Shown: in pieces, positions 1 through 9,104 of the stretch
How positions within the stretch are numbered: position 1 is the first letter of the stretch
Layout: every line of letters starts with the position of its first letter
Source: a virus
Taxonomy: Duplodnaviria > Caudoviricetes
DNA length: 24,771 bases
Reading direction: 5' to 3' (one strand)
Virus record (IMG/VR): IMGVR_UViG_3300027637_000004
Location: 1 to 24,771 of that record
Program-made: the position numbers and the translations under genes
Notes under the pieces: generated by a model
Told to the model about the DNA's origin: nothing
Databases searched by the model: none
What the model saw: only the letters and a program-made list of their open reading frames with translations

Positions 1-936
1 TACGTCGTAGGGAGCGCCCAGCGTCTTTCTGAGCAGGTTGACGGCGGCGTTCTCGGCCTGTGACTGCGTGGTGATGAACGACGATGAGTAGAAGCGAGGG
101 ATTCGGCCGAACGGACCTCCGAAGAATGTCGGACTCGACTCTTGCGCGTTGATGGCCACGGCGCGTACAGGCTCAATTTCGTCAGCGCCCTCACCGGTCA
201 CCACAACGGCGTTGTACACACCGTCACGAGACAATGACCGATCTGCATTCACCATGACACCACCTGATCCGGCGTTCACCACCCATATGATGTCATCCTC
301 AGGTGGGATGTTTTTGAAAGTCAGTCGCCCCTGCTCATCCCAGTAGAAGATCTTGCCCAAGCCATCCGCCAGCGTCTTGAGCACTTCCAGGCGTGATTCT
401 TCGACGATGAGCGAACGCCCGATAGTGGACAAGTCCGAGTCGTCATCCCAGATGATCACCGCATCGGGGTACACCTCTAGTACAATCTCGTTCACGATGT
501 CACCGACCGAGGTGCCGGTAAGCCATTGACGCGGCTGCATGAACCGTGAATCGATGATCGTTGCCATGCGGTCATCAAGGTCAAGGGTCAGCGGACCATT
601 GGCCGCATCGGCCTGCGTGGTCTGACTGATGCGGTAGTAACCCAACGGTGCCCACTTCACGCCGAGCGCGCCCGTCTCTACGCCGCGCGAAAGGAACACC
701 TCGGTCCCATACGGCGCGAAATCCAGATCACGCGCGGTGGGCCATGCTTCGGCGATGCTGACACTGCCGCTGGCCCTGATATCCGCTGAGGCATCGAACT
801 CCACACCTCCGCCTATGACCCGGAGCGATGTTCCCGATGGATCTTCCCCGGTCTGGAATCCAGCTACCAGAGTCGCGCGGAATCGGGCCGTGTGCGATCC
901 GGCGATGAGTGAGGCGAAGTCCGCTGCGGTGACCAT
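1..936 (-). CDS. Minor tail protein, DUF5047 / baseplate hub (Tal)-like; runs off the left edge
   Basis: Not in the ORF track because it has no stop in the window. ATG at 936 overlaps the upstream TAA (TAATG). My translation starts MVTAADFASLIAGSHTARFRATL...GGGVEFDASADIRASGSVSI...APYGTEVFLSRGV...WAPLGYYRI, typical of actinophage DUF5047 tail proteins. Confidence 0.8.
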   Translation of the reverse strand, partial: MVTAADFASLIAGSHTARFRATLVAGFQTGEDPSGTSLRVIGGGVEFDASADIRASGSVSIAEAWPTARDLDFAPYGTEVFLSRGVETGALGVKWAPLGYYRISQTTQADAANGPLTLDLDDRMATIIDSRFMQPRQWLTGTSVGDIVNEIVLEVYPDAVIIWDDDSDLSTIGRSLIVEESRLEVLKTLADGLGKIFYWDEQGRLTFKNIPPEDDIIWVVNAGSGGVMVNADRSLSRDGVYNAVVVTGEGADEIEPVRAVAINAQESSPTFFGGPFGRIPRFYSSSFITTQSQAENAAVNLLRKTLGAPYDV

Positions 937-1832
937 TACGACTGCAACCCGTAGCAGTAGTCAGTTATAAGGCGTGAGGCGGTTCCTGAGGTGTTTCTAC
1001 CCCACAGCTGCACGCTGACCTGGGCCCCTGGGAGCGTAGTCGTGCCCCACCCGGGGACGTTCCCCGTGACGTTTCCTGTGCCGGTACCCGATCCGATCAC
1101 GGTACCGTCCACTCGCAGCTGCCATTCCAGGGAACCGGCAGTGATGCTGACTGCGACCCCGATGCGGATGCGCGGATGCCATAGCGTCGTGATGCCGTGC
1201 ATGACCTCCTGGTACGCCACATTGGTAAATGACGGCCAGAACGGGCCACCGACTACTACGGAGGTACCCGAAGACGGGTACATAGGAATGTTGAGATACG
1301 GTCGCCCCAGACCGAAGCCAGATGCCGAGTCATTCTCGAATACAACGTTGCCGTTGAGGTCTCGAATGGTGATGCTGTTTCGGTTCTGAATAGCTATCGC
1401 TCGTGTTTCGGCCGAGTCACCGTAGTACAGGATGGTGAGTGGTTCGTCAGTGTCAGCAACCCACCCAAAATATGCCTGAGCAACATCGGGGTCAAGCTTA
1501 GTCATGAACCGAATTTGTCCCAAGAAGAACGTCAAGTCGGAGACGAACTCACCGGGGGCCGACAGTTTCCCGAGAATCCACCAGGTGCCGACACCTTTCG
1601 CGTTCTCGGGGGCCCACCCAAGCATCCCGACGACATCACCGGGCTTCAACGCCAGCGCGTTGACGCCTTCAACGATAGGGACATCGGTGAGCGTGATGCC
1701 ACGCCACTCGATCGTATTTCGCAGCTCGCCGCCGCGTTCCCAAGTCAGGACCTTTCCCTGACTGAACTGCACGCCGCGCGACGGTGCGGGCGTCAGCAGT
1801 GCCGCTAGATCGTTGTTGATACGGTCACTCAC
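936..1832 (-). CDS. Minor tail protein (N-terminal OB-fold/spike-like, C-terminal beta-rich)
   Basis: 298 aa with overlaps at both ends (GTGA, TAATG). N-terminal pattern GKVLTW...LTDVPIV...LKPGDVV...WWILGKL. Located in the tail-tip module. Confidence 0.7.
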   Translation of the reverse strand: MSDRINNDLAALLTPAPSRGVQFSQGKVLTWERGGELRNTIEWRGITLTDVPIVEGVNALALKPGDVVGMLGWAPENAKGVGTWWILGKLSAPGEFVSDLTFFLGQIRFMTKLDPDVAQAYFGWVADTDEPLTILYYGDSAETRAIAIQNRNSITIRDLNGNVVFENDSASGFGLGRPYLNIPMYPSSGTSVVVGGPFWPSFTNVAYQEVMHGITTLWHPRIRIGVAVSITAGSLEWQLRVDGTVIGSGTGTGNVTGNVPGWGTTTLPGAQVSVQLWGRNTSGTASRLITDYCYGLQS

Positions 1833-3937
1833 AGTACTTCCCCAAACGAAGAAATGTCACCTTCTGCAAGCCAGAGGTCTTGCCACGTGGGCCACATGGC
1901 CCACACGTCTTCCCACGTGCCTTCCGGTCCGATCATGTCCCATAGCATCTGCCACGTGATCGTAGTCGGGATGATGCCCGTAAGGTCAGATGCGGCCACT
2001 CGGGTGAAACCGACAGACCAGCCACGGATGTTGGTTCCTCGCAGCGAATGACGCTCGATAGATCCATCCCACATAACGTAACCGTCAGGGATGCCTGAGA
2101 AGTCTGTCGGACAATCCTCTTCGACATCACCGGGAGGCTGCAAATACAGGATACCTCCGAATGTGAGCAGTGCTCTCACTCCGCGAAGTTCCGCGTTCGT
2201 GTCCGTCGTGAAGGTCAGCGTGAATGAACTGGAAGAGCCCACGTCGGCAATCGCCAAGATCTCGTGCCGACCTTTGATGTCGTAGAAACCGGCTCGGGAA
2301 TCACGGCTCAAAGCATCCCAGTCGACACAATCCAGCGGGCGATTCAGCAGCGGGAACGTCACCGACTTGAGGTAGGTTTCCAGCTGTTCAGGTGTCACGA
2401 ACGCCGTCGCACCGACCGTAGGCGGGATCGTGTTGGCGGACATCGGCCCGAACCACTGCTCGTATGCCGCACCGGAGCCCTTGAATCCACGGGCGTACAC
2501 CCCGGTACCTGCGACCAGTGACGTGTCCGTGGCCACCAAGCCCCAGTTGGTGGGTTCAGCGTCTCCATCTTCCCATGCTCTGGCCTGCAACGTAGTGCCC
2601 TGCAAGCGGAATCGCACATGCCACGGGATACCTGGCGTCCATGTGCCGATTGATCCTGTGGTGCCGAGTTGGGTGTACACGTTGGCCACGAACTTCCCAA
2701 GTCGGAGTTCGACAATGTAACCGTCGGCTTCGGTGCGAAACCGTAGATTCGACTCATAAGCGTTGCTGGCGTCAGCGGCACGCAGTCCGACGCCCCACTC
2801 CACGGCGGTGTCAAGCAGGTTCGCAGGGTCGGGGTAGATCGCCGACCACGTGATATCGCCATCGGTGAGACCAGATACAGGACCGGCGACCACTTCGGCA
2901 ATCTGTCCTGCGGGGGCGGAACTGGTGATGACCCCGACGCCGTTGTTCACGTACATGCTGAAACCGGCAGACGAGCTACCGAGTGCCCAGGTCTGCCCGG
3001 TATCCGTGGTGCCCCAGTCGGTGCCAGGGACCGGTGCAATCGTGATGATCGACGCGGAGGGCCCGACAGTCCATGTCTTTCCTGTGGAGTCGACAAACAT
3101 CATCGTTCCGGCGGCCTGTGCAGAGAAGTCGGGGTTGGCGACGATGACACCACCGATAGACGAACGAAGCTGAGCGGCGTGAATCTGCCCCGTGAACAGA
3201 CCTGAGTTGCCGTTCGACCATGAACCGACTTCAAGCGGTGCGGTGCCAGAGAAGTTGGTGACCGTACCTGCAGTCACGACGGGAGAACCGAGCTGTACCC
3301 AGGTGTCGTTCAACGTGGCTGCAGTGTAGAAGGTGACCGTGTGGCCCCCAGCGCCGTTGTCGGCGTCAAGCGTTGCCCGTACCGCGAGTCGACCTTCGGT
3401 GACGGGCACTGCAACCGTGGAGTTGGATGCTGTCTGCGTGCCCATGGTGCCGTCAGTAGTTCTCCAGAATCGGAGACGGCCGGTTGTTTCGATCGTCAGC
3501 AGGTAGCTTCTCTGGTTCCCAGAGACGACCCACTTCGCCATGAGACCGCGCTGCGTGCCAACCCAAGTGGTAGTTGCATCGACGCGGATATCCAGGTCTG
3601 TCGTCAGGTCCAGGGAAGCGTGATCCGGCGTTGAGGCGTTGCTTCCAGCCGTGCCTGTCAGTTCGAGCGCCCCAGCGGAGGGGTACGCGCGGTTGAACGA
3701 GTCGTAGAAGACCGGTTCCAGGACTCTGTAATCGTTCCGCACATTGGGTGTGTACTCGTAATCATCGACAACAGTCACACTCGTGGTTCCCATGGCGATG
3801 CCCCCGCGAACATCTACCCATGTCAATCCACCGTCTGTGGAGCGCTGCAAGATGTACTCGACGTTCGGCGTCGGGGCACCGAGTGTCAGCCGAACACGTC
3901 CGAGGTCGGGGAGGTACTGCGCCGTCAACGTGGCCAT
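1829..3937 (-). CDS. Distal-tail (Dit)-like minor tail protein with LamG/ConA-like carbohydrate-binding domains
   Basis: 702 aa directly after the tape measure (TAATG overlap). LamG-like block ASTPDHASLDLTTDLDIRV...PLEVGS...FTGQIHAAQLR. C-terminal Dit-like region RAGFYDIKGR and a Trp-rich TWxDxW tail. Confidence 0.75.
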   Translation of the reverse strand: MATLTAQYLPDLGRVRLTLGAPTPNVEYILQRSTDGGLTWVDVRGGIAMGTTSVTVVDDYEYTPNVRNDYRVLEPVFYDSFNRAYPSAGALELTGTAGSNASTPDHASLDLTTDLDIRVDATTTWVGTQRGLMAKWVVSGNQRSYLLTIETTGRLRFWRTTDGTMGTQTASNSTVAVPVTEGRLAVRATLDADNGAGGHTVTFYTAATLNDTWVQLGSPVVTAGTVTNFSGTAPLEVGSWSNGNSGLFTGQIHAAQLRSSIGGVIVANPDFSAQAAGTMMFVDSTGKTWTVGPSASIITIAPVPGTDWGTTDTGQTWALGSSSAGFSMYVNNGVGVITSSAPAGQIAEVVAGPVSGLTDGDITWSAIYPDPANLLDTAVEWGVGLRAADASNAYESNLRFRTEADGYIVELRLGKFVANVYTQLGTTGSIGTWTPGIPWHVRFRLQGTTLQARAWEDGDAEPTNWGLVATDTSLVAGTGVYARGFKGSGAAYEQWFGPMSANTIPPTVGATAFVTPEQLETYLKSVTFPLLNRPLDCVDWDALSRDSRAGFYDIKGRHEILAIADVGSSSSFTLTFTTDTNAELRGVRALLTFGGILYLQPPGDVEEDCPTDFSGIPDGYVMWDGSIERHSLRGTNIRGWSVGFTRVAASDLTGIIPTTITWQMLWDMIGPEGTWEDVWAMWPTWQDLWLAEGDISSFGEVL

Positions 3938-6402
3938 TAAGCGAGCCTTCCGGTACCCGCACGAGCCCTGCGGAGTTGGTTGCGGTTCATCTCGTTCTGT
4001 TTCTCCACGACGATATCAGTAAGCTCACGATCACCGATCTTCACAGTGAAGTAGTTGTCACCGCTTATGCCTGTGGCGTTGATAGTGTCTTCACCGCCTC
4101 GCGTGTCCCTGTTGCTGGCCCCTGCACGGCTCAGCGCAGACGCCAGCAGCGAATCCACGCGGGGATCACCCAGAGGAAGAATCGCTTCGTTGAATCGACC
4201 TTCACCCACCATCGCCAGTGTCGGACCTGTGGCGAGTGCGCCGGACGCGAGGAGCGGGATGTTCGGCGTGTTGATCGTGCCGCCGCCTACGGTACCGATC
4301 CCAGGAATGTCGACGCTGGGAATAGAGAACGACAGGTTATTCCATCTGCCAATGACATAGTTTATGGCGGCACGGAAACCAGCTGCGAGCGGTTCGAACA
4401 TACCGGAAAGCGCACCGCTGATGCGCCCCGGGATTCCCTTGACGAAGCTCACGAAGGTGTTCCAGGAGTTTTTGGTGTTGTTGAGTGCGGTAGAAACCAC
4501 CGATTTAACCGTGTTAATACCGTTCTTGAGCGGCGTGAACACACGTGAATTGATCACACCCCAAGCCACTTGGAAAGCGGTACTCAGTGTCCGCCATGCG
4601 CGCATCATGGCGTCAACCTGCGATTGTCCAGCTTCTTTGATGAAGTTGAAGATAACCGCGAGACCATCGCCAGCCGCCTGGAACTTCTCTACTACCCATT
4701 CGATGGTAGCGCCGAGCCCCGCCACCAACAGGTTGATCAGAAGTTCGATGATCGGAATGACGTAGGGAACGATGACGTTCTCCACGAGCCACAGGAGGAT
4801 AGCGCCGAGTACCTGAATGATGGGCGCTAGTACAGCCCCGACAATTTCGGCGACTACGCCGAGCAGCTGGAACAGCGGCTGCAGTGCCTCAATAATAGGT
4901 GCAATAGCCTCAAACAGTACAGTGAAGATAGGAGCTACAGCCTGTAGCACTGCGCCTACAACTTCGAGCACGACTGCAAGATTAGATCCCAGAACGTTCG
5001 CTAGTGCCTCAATTAGTGGCATAACGGTTTCTAGGGCACCGACGAGAATTTCGCCTAGAATAGTAATAATTGTCGTCAACGGACCGATAAGGGGCTGAAT
5101 CGCCGCAGCGACAATCCCGAGAACAGGCGCAAGTGCACTGAGCACCGAGCCGACCAGTTCGGACAGCGGGCCTAGTAGCGGAGCAACTACGGAAAGGATA
5201 TCGGCGATACCCGAAATGATCGGGGGCAACGCCGGTGCGATGTTCGCCAGAACCGTACCGAAAGTGTCGCCGACCTGGTTCAAGGCATCGAAAATGGCTA
5301 CCAGTACCGCTTGCCCCTCAGCGGACGCCAAGAAGTCGTCAAATACCTGCAACGCCTGCCCGAACACCCCGAGGATGTTGCCACCGGTAGTCTGAGCAGC
5401 CGAACCGATCGACCCGATGATACCGGCGAGCGGCGAGAGGATATCGCCGATTTCCTGAAACACGGCAAGCGCATCATTCACCCAGGCCACAGCCTGACCC
5501 GATTCCGCAGCCCTGTTCAGAAATTCGGCGAACTGCGCCACCACGGCGGCAATGCCCGCCCCGGCAGTTTCGCCGAATGCTTCATTGAGCGCTGTACCGA
5601 CATTGAGTAGCGCACCGAACAACGCGGCCAAAGGCTCCTGTACGCGAGCGAGAATAGTCGCCATGATCTCGAAGCTTTGATTGACAAATTCGATGCCCTG
5701 CGCGGAAGTAGCGACACCCGCAAGACCCGCGATGAGTCCGTTAGCCTCAGCGGCGACTGCGGTCATCCCTGCGGTTACCGGACCGAGCAACGTTTCCGCC
5801 AGTGAGTTCAGAACGGCATCGAAGTCCTGGAAGAAAGCATCCTGAACAGTGTTCCGTAGCTCTTCCAGCGCGGGCATCATGTCCCGGATCGCCTGCGCGG
5901 CTTCCTGTACAGCCGGTGGCATATCCTCAATGGCGGACTGGAATTCTTCGGCACTCCCCGTGGCGGCTGCCTCGAACGCCTCACCGACGCCAAGCGTAGC
6001 GACATTCAATGTCGACATGCCCGCCGCAAGCACACCAATTCCTGAGGGCAACGCGGCGATGATGCCAACTGCGGGTGCAAGCGCAGACGCAAGCTGTACA
6101 GCCGTGGCTGCGGCTGATGCCAGTGCAAGACTGAGAGCAGCGAACGCAGGTACGGGGAGTTTGATGTCAGCGATAGATGACAGAGTGTCACCTAGTCCAG
6201 AGGCGAATCCGCCTCCGAACTCCTGGCCTGTTTGTGAGCCAATGCGGCCGATGCCGCGTGAAATCGAACGCTCGGCCCGCTCCACGCCTTGCGTGAGTGA
6301 ACGCTCAACGGTGCGGCTGGCAGTGCGAGCGGCCCGCTGCACTTGGCTCACGTCAAGGTCAGCAGTGATCTCCACAAACGCTTCATCCAGCGGACCTGCC
6401 AT
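3937..6402 (-). CDS. Tape measure protein
   Basis: 821 aa, Ala/Leu/Gly/Ile-rich and helical. N-terminus MAGPLDEAFVEITAD; C-terminus IPLLASG...GPTLAMVGEG...EAILPL. SD GAGGTG. Follows the chaperone genes. Confidence 0.93.
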   Translation of the reverse strand: MAGPLDEAFVEITADLDVSQVQRAARTASRTVERSLTQGVERAERSISRGIGRIGSQTGQEFGGGFASGLGDTLSSIADIKLPVPAFAALSLALASAAATAVQLASALAPAVGIIAALPSGIGVLAAGMSTLNVATLGVGEAFEAAATGSAEEFQSAIEDMPPAVQEAAQAIRDMMPALEELRNTVQDAFFQDFDAVLNSLAETLLGPVTAGMTAVAAEANGLIAGLAGVATSAQGIEFVNQSFEIMATILARVQEPLAALFGALLNVGTALNEAFGETAGAGIAAVVAQFAEFLNRAAESGQAVAWVNDALAVFQEIGDILSPLAGIIGSIGSAAQTTGGNILGVFGQALQVFDDFLASAEGQAVLVAIFDALNQVGDTFGTVLANIAPALPPIISGIADILSVVAPLLGPLSELVGSVLSALAPVLGIVAAAIQPLIGPLTTIITILGEILVGALETVMPLIEALANVLGSNLAVVLEVVGAVLQAVAPIFTVLFEAIAPIIEALQPLFQLLGVVAEIVGAVLAPIIQVLGAILLWLVENVIVPYVIPIIELLINLLVAGLGATIEWVVEKFQAAGDGLAVIFNFIKEAGQSQVDAMMRAWRTLSTAFQVAWGVINSRVFTPLKNGINTVKSVVSTALNNTKNSWNTFVSFVKGIPGRISGALSGMFEPLAAGFRAAINYVIGRWNNLSFSIPSVDIPGIGTVGGGTINTPNIPLLASGALATGPTLAMVGEGRFNEAILPLGDPRVDSLLASALSRAGASNRDTRGGEDTINATGISGDNYFTVKIGDRELTDIVVEKQNEMNRNQLRRARAGTGRLA

Positions 6403-6449
6403 TACCGCACCTCAACCCCCGTTAACGCGTGCTCACAGTGTACCTCCTA

Positions 6450-6848
6450 TTACCGACGTTTCCTGCCGCTCACTCCCGGAGCGGTCAACGTCGCCATGGC
6501 AGCTTTCGAGTTGAAGGTGTTCGTCTTGTCATCGCCATACCATGCCGGTTTCGGCGCGCGCCTGCGTTCCGGTTTGGCGTTCTTCGTTTCCGCAATCGCC
6601 TTGGTGATAATCGGCTTGGCTTTCTGCATTTCCCACTCCGCTACCTTCTCGGCGATCGCCGCATCGAATTTGTCTTTGTCCTCGGTTGAGGCGTTGCGCG
6701 TGGCGAAGTAGTACACCAGGTTCAACCAACGATCCCATGGTAGATCCATGTGATCGACATTGCGGGAAGTGCACCAACCGTCAAAGTACGGCCACACCTG
6801 ATCAGCTGTGATCCAAACCTCTAGGGAGATTGCGGCGATGTAATGTCT
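6450..6848 (-). CDS. Tail assembly chaperone, -1 frameshift extension (gpGT-like); full product 7321->6848 then 6848->6450, about 290 aa
   Basis: The -1 frame after the slippery site reads RHYIAAISLEVWITADQVWPYFDGWC... and is open into ORF 6450..6797. Confidence 0.8.
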   Translation of the reverse strand, partial: RHYIAAISLEVWITADQVWPYFDGWCTSRNVDHMDLPWDRWLNLVYYFATRNASTEDKDKFDAAIAEKVAEWEMQKAKPIITKAIAETKNAKPERRRAPKPAWYGDDKTNTFNSKAAMATLTAPGVSGRKRR

Positions 6849-7321
6849 TTTCCCAGCGCTTCACCGATCACCCAGGTGAGAATTTCGTAGAAGGTGCCGA
6901 TATCGATCGCCCCGTACTCGCCATCGAATCGACGCTTGAACCGGTCAAGGGATTCGGGCTCGAAGATCTCGGCAAGCAGCTTGAAAATCGGCTCGGTTGC
7001 ATCCTTGTCCGTCTTATCGGCAGCGGCGAGCGTCTGCATTTCGACTGCTTTCCGGTAGACCGCGAGCGGTACCGGATTGACGGGCTCATTCCCATCCGGT
7101 GCAACGAGTGACAGAATTTCCCCCGCAAGACGGGAGAACTCGGCGATACGCGGGTCTGCCTGCACTTCCGCAGGTGCCTTCGCGGCTGCCTGCATTTCAC
7201 CGGCGAGACGGGAAAGTTCAGTCATTCGACCTGCGGGAACACTTGCCTTGAGGTTGAACACCTCGTTGTCGATGTCGAACTCAATGGGTTCTTTTTGAGT
7301 GGTAAAGCTCTTGCGGGTCAT
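6821..7321 (-). CDS. Tail assembly chaperone (gpG-like)
   Basis: 166 aa, SD AAAGGTG, two ORFs upstream of the tape measure, ending ...EALGKDITSPQSP over a slippery heptamer. Confidence 0.85.
   Translation of the reverse strand: MTRKSFTTQKEPIEFDIDNEVFNLKASVPAGRMTELSRLAGEMQAAAKAPAEVQADPRIAEFSRLAGEILSLVAPDGNEPVNPVPLAVYRKAVEMQTLAAADKTDKDATEPIFKLLAEIFEPESLDRFKRRFDGEYGAIDIGTFYEILTWVIGEALGKDITSPQSP
6848..6854 (-). other. Programmed -1 ribosomal frameshift site G GGA AAA
   Basis: CTG GGA AAA GAC (L-G-K-D) near the end of the chaperone gene; the -1 frame joins the next ORF. Confidence 0.85.
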
Positions 7322-7333
7322 GGTGTCACCTTT

Positions 7334-7669
7334 CTAGGAGAACTGCGAGAATCCTTCTCGAAGTCCGTCTTGCAGTGCGGGGTTCGCTTCCATATAGCGT
7401 GTCCCCTGGAATACGTAATTCGCGTATTCGACATCGGTACCGATCCGCTCAACAATAGCACCGTTTCGGATGTACTCCCGAATCTGAATGGAGTTGACCA
7501 GCAAGCCGGTGTCGATGCGTCTCGGGTTCGCATTGAGCCTGCGCTTCGCGGCTGCCTGCGTAGCAAGCGCACGTGCGCGGAGGTTCATCACGACACCCGA
7601 AGAGGGGGAAGTCATGAGGACACGGATATTGCCGTAATTCGTGGAGTTACGGACTTTCGACGTTGCCAC
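7334..7669 (-). CDS. HK97 gp10-like neck / tail-completion protein (111 aa)
   Basis: Start moved to GTG 7669 behind SD AGGAGG. Motifs RIDTGLLVNSI and GTDVEYANYVFQGTRYMEANPAL. Confidence 0.8.
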   Translation of the reverse strand: MATSKVRNSTNYGNIRVLMTSPSSGVVMNLRARALATQAAAKRRLNANPRRIDTGLLVNSIQIREYIRNGAIVERIGTDVEYANYVFQGTRYMEANPALQDGLREGFSQFS

Positions 7670-7677
7670 CGTTCCTC

Positions 7678-8241
7678 CTAACTGATGTCGCAGGGATAAC
7701 CGCCGTTGGGGACGCCGATCTGCACAGTGACGGCCGAGCCCTGGCAACCGCCCATAGGGCCCACCATGATCTGCGGTCCGATCGTGTACCGGTCGAACAA
7801 CTTGACTCCGTCAGTACGTGTGGAACCAGCGCACAGGCAGCACATAAGGCCAGCGCGCACCGCCCATGCGTCTTCGATCGCCACGCGAGCCGCTGCGTCG
7901 ACCTCCGAACACGGCGGGGGGTTGCCCATGTTGTCACCGGTTGGTGAGCACCGGAGCATCGAAATCGTGTACTGGAACACGAACAACGGTGCCCCGCATT
8001 TGCGCGTGCCCGTGTTCGTTGTGGCGTCCCAGGGGTTCGGGAACGTGCCCGACTCGTATGGGCGGTCAAGCGAGATGACGAGCTGCCCGCACTCGCAGTC
8101 ATCCCAGGCGATTTGACCCGTCGTGATGCACACGCGCTTTGGAAGGCCCTTGGTCGTACCTTCGAGGTACGGCAGGATGCAGTCGCGCAGGTGTTCGGCG
8201 AGTTCATACCCCGCGAACGGGTTCGCATTCGTAAAAACCAT
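7678..8241 (-). CDS. Head-tail connector / putative tail terminator, Cys-rich
   Basis: 187 aa, 12 Cys, TGATG-coupled to the adaptor. Motifs IAWDDCECGQL and GPMGGCQG resemble cluster B-type neck proteins. Confidence 0.65.
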   Translation of the reverse strand: MVFTNANPFAGYELAEHLRDCILPYLEGTTKGLPKRVCITTGQIAWDDCECGQLVISLDRPYESGTFPNPWDATTNTGTRKCGAPLFVFQYTISMLRCSPTGDNMGNPPPCSEVDAAARVAIEDAWAVRAGLMCCLCAGSTRTDGVKLFDRYTIGPQIMVGPMGGCQGSAVTVQIGVPNGGYPCDIS

Positions 8242-9095
8242 CAGGCAGTACCCACCCGTCGATGCTTCGGGCCGTCGATGTCAAAGATGTTCGCGAGACC
8301 AGTACCGGAAGGGTTGAATGTCTTGATGAACAGGTCAGGCCAGTACATGCCGGTCATGCCGCCCTTGAATGCCGTCCCCGAATCGAAGAACACCTTCTTG
8401 ACACCCTGCCTGGTCACCTCTTGCACAGTGCCGGACGGCAGCACACAGTCTGAGGCGTTCACGCATCGCTTGGCGATCTCCACCGCGAGCTGACCCGCTG
8501 CGAGCTTGCCGAGTTCGGGAACGTCCTGCCCGTAGTCGGCTGTGACTGACCATGTGCCCGGTTCAGTGTCCGCGAGGTTCATGTCGTTGCAGCGCGGCCA
8601 CTCCTCACCGTCGATGCGGACCAGCAGGTTGAAATTGTCGACGCGATAAGCCGTGGAAGGCAGTACAACGCCGTCAATCTTGACCTCGGTAATCGCAGCT
8701 ACCGGGTACGGGAGTCGAACTTCGGAGATGTGCGAACACGAACAGTCGGAGAAGCATGAACCACACGCGATGTTGATCCACGCGCCACCGATCAAGGCGG
8801 GCTGCGGAAACGGCCATGAAGAGCCCGTGAAGTCATACCAACCCCCGACCTGCGGAATCCAGGGTCCAGCGGGCAGGCAGTCTTTACGGCACGGGCGCAG
8901 GGAAACCGAGCACAGCCCGAACTGCCGTTTCGTACGGTTCCATAGGATTTCGGTGGCGATCATCGCGGCACTGGCTTCAAGCTCCGGTGTCGTTCCGTCT
9001 GGGAAGTCGGCGCATGACAAGTCCCATGCTTGGCACGGGCCAAACGCCGCGCCGCCAGCGGTTGCGGCCGAAGAGACGGGATTGATAACAGGCAT
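8241..9095 (-). CDS. Head-to-tail adaptor, Cys-rich
   Basis: 284 aa, 12 Cys. Motifs ATEILWNRTKRQFGLC, ITEVKIDG, CVLPSGTVQEVTRQGV and GMTG..WPDLFIKTFNP. Confidence 0.8.
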   Translation of the reverse strand: MPVINPVSSAATAGGAAFGPCQAWDLSCADFPDGTTPELEASAAMIATEILWNRTKRQFGLCSVSLRPCRKDCLPAGPWIPQVGGWYDFTGSSWPFPQPALIGGAWINIACGSCFSDCSCSHISEVRLPYPVAAITEVKIDGVVLPSTAYRVDNFNLLVRIDGEEWPRCNDMNLADTEPGTWSVTADYGQDVPELGKLAAGQLAVEIAKRCVNASDCVLPSGTVQEVTRQGVKKVFFDSGTAFKGGMTGMYWPDLFIKTFNPSGTGLANIFDIDGPKHRRVGTA

Positions 9096-9104
9096 GGGAC
9101 CCCC

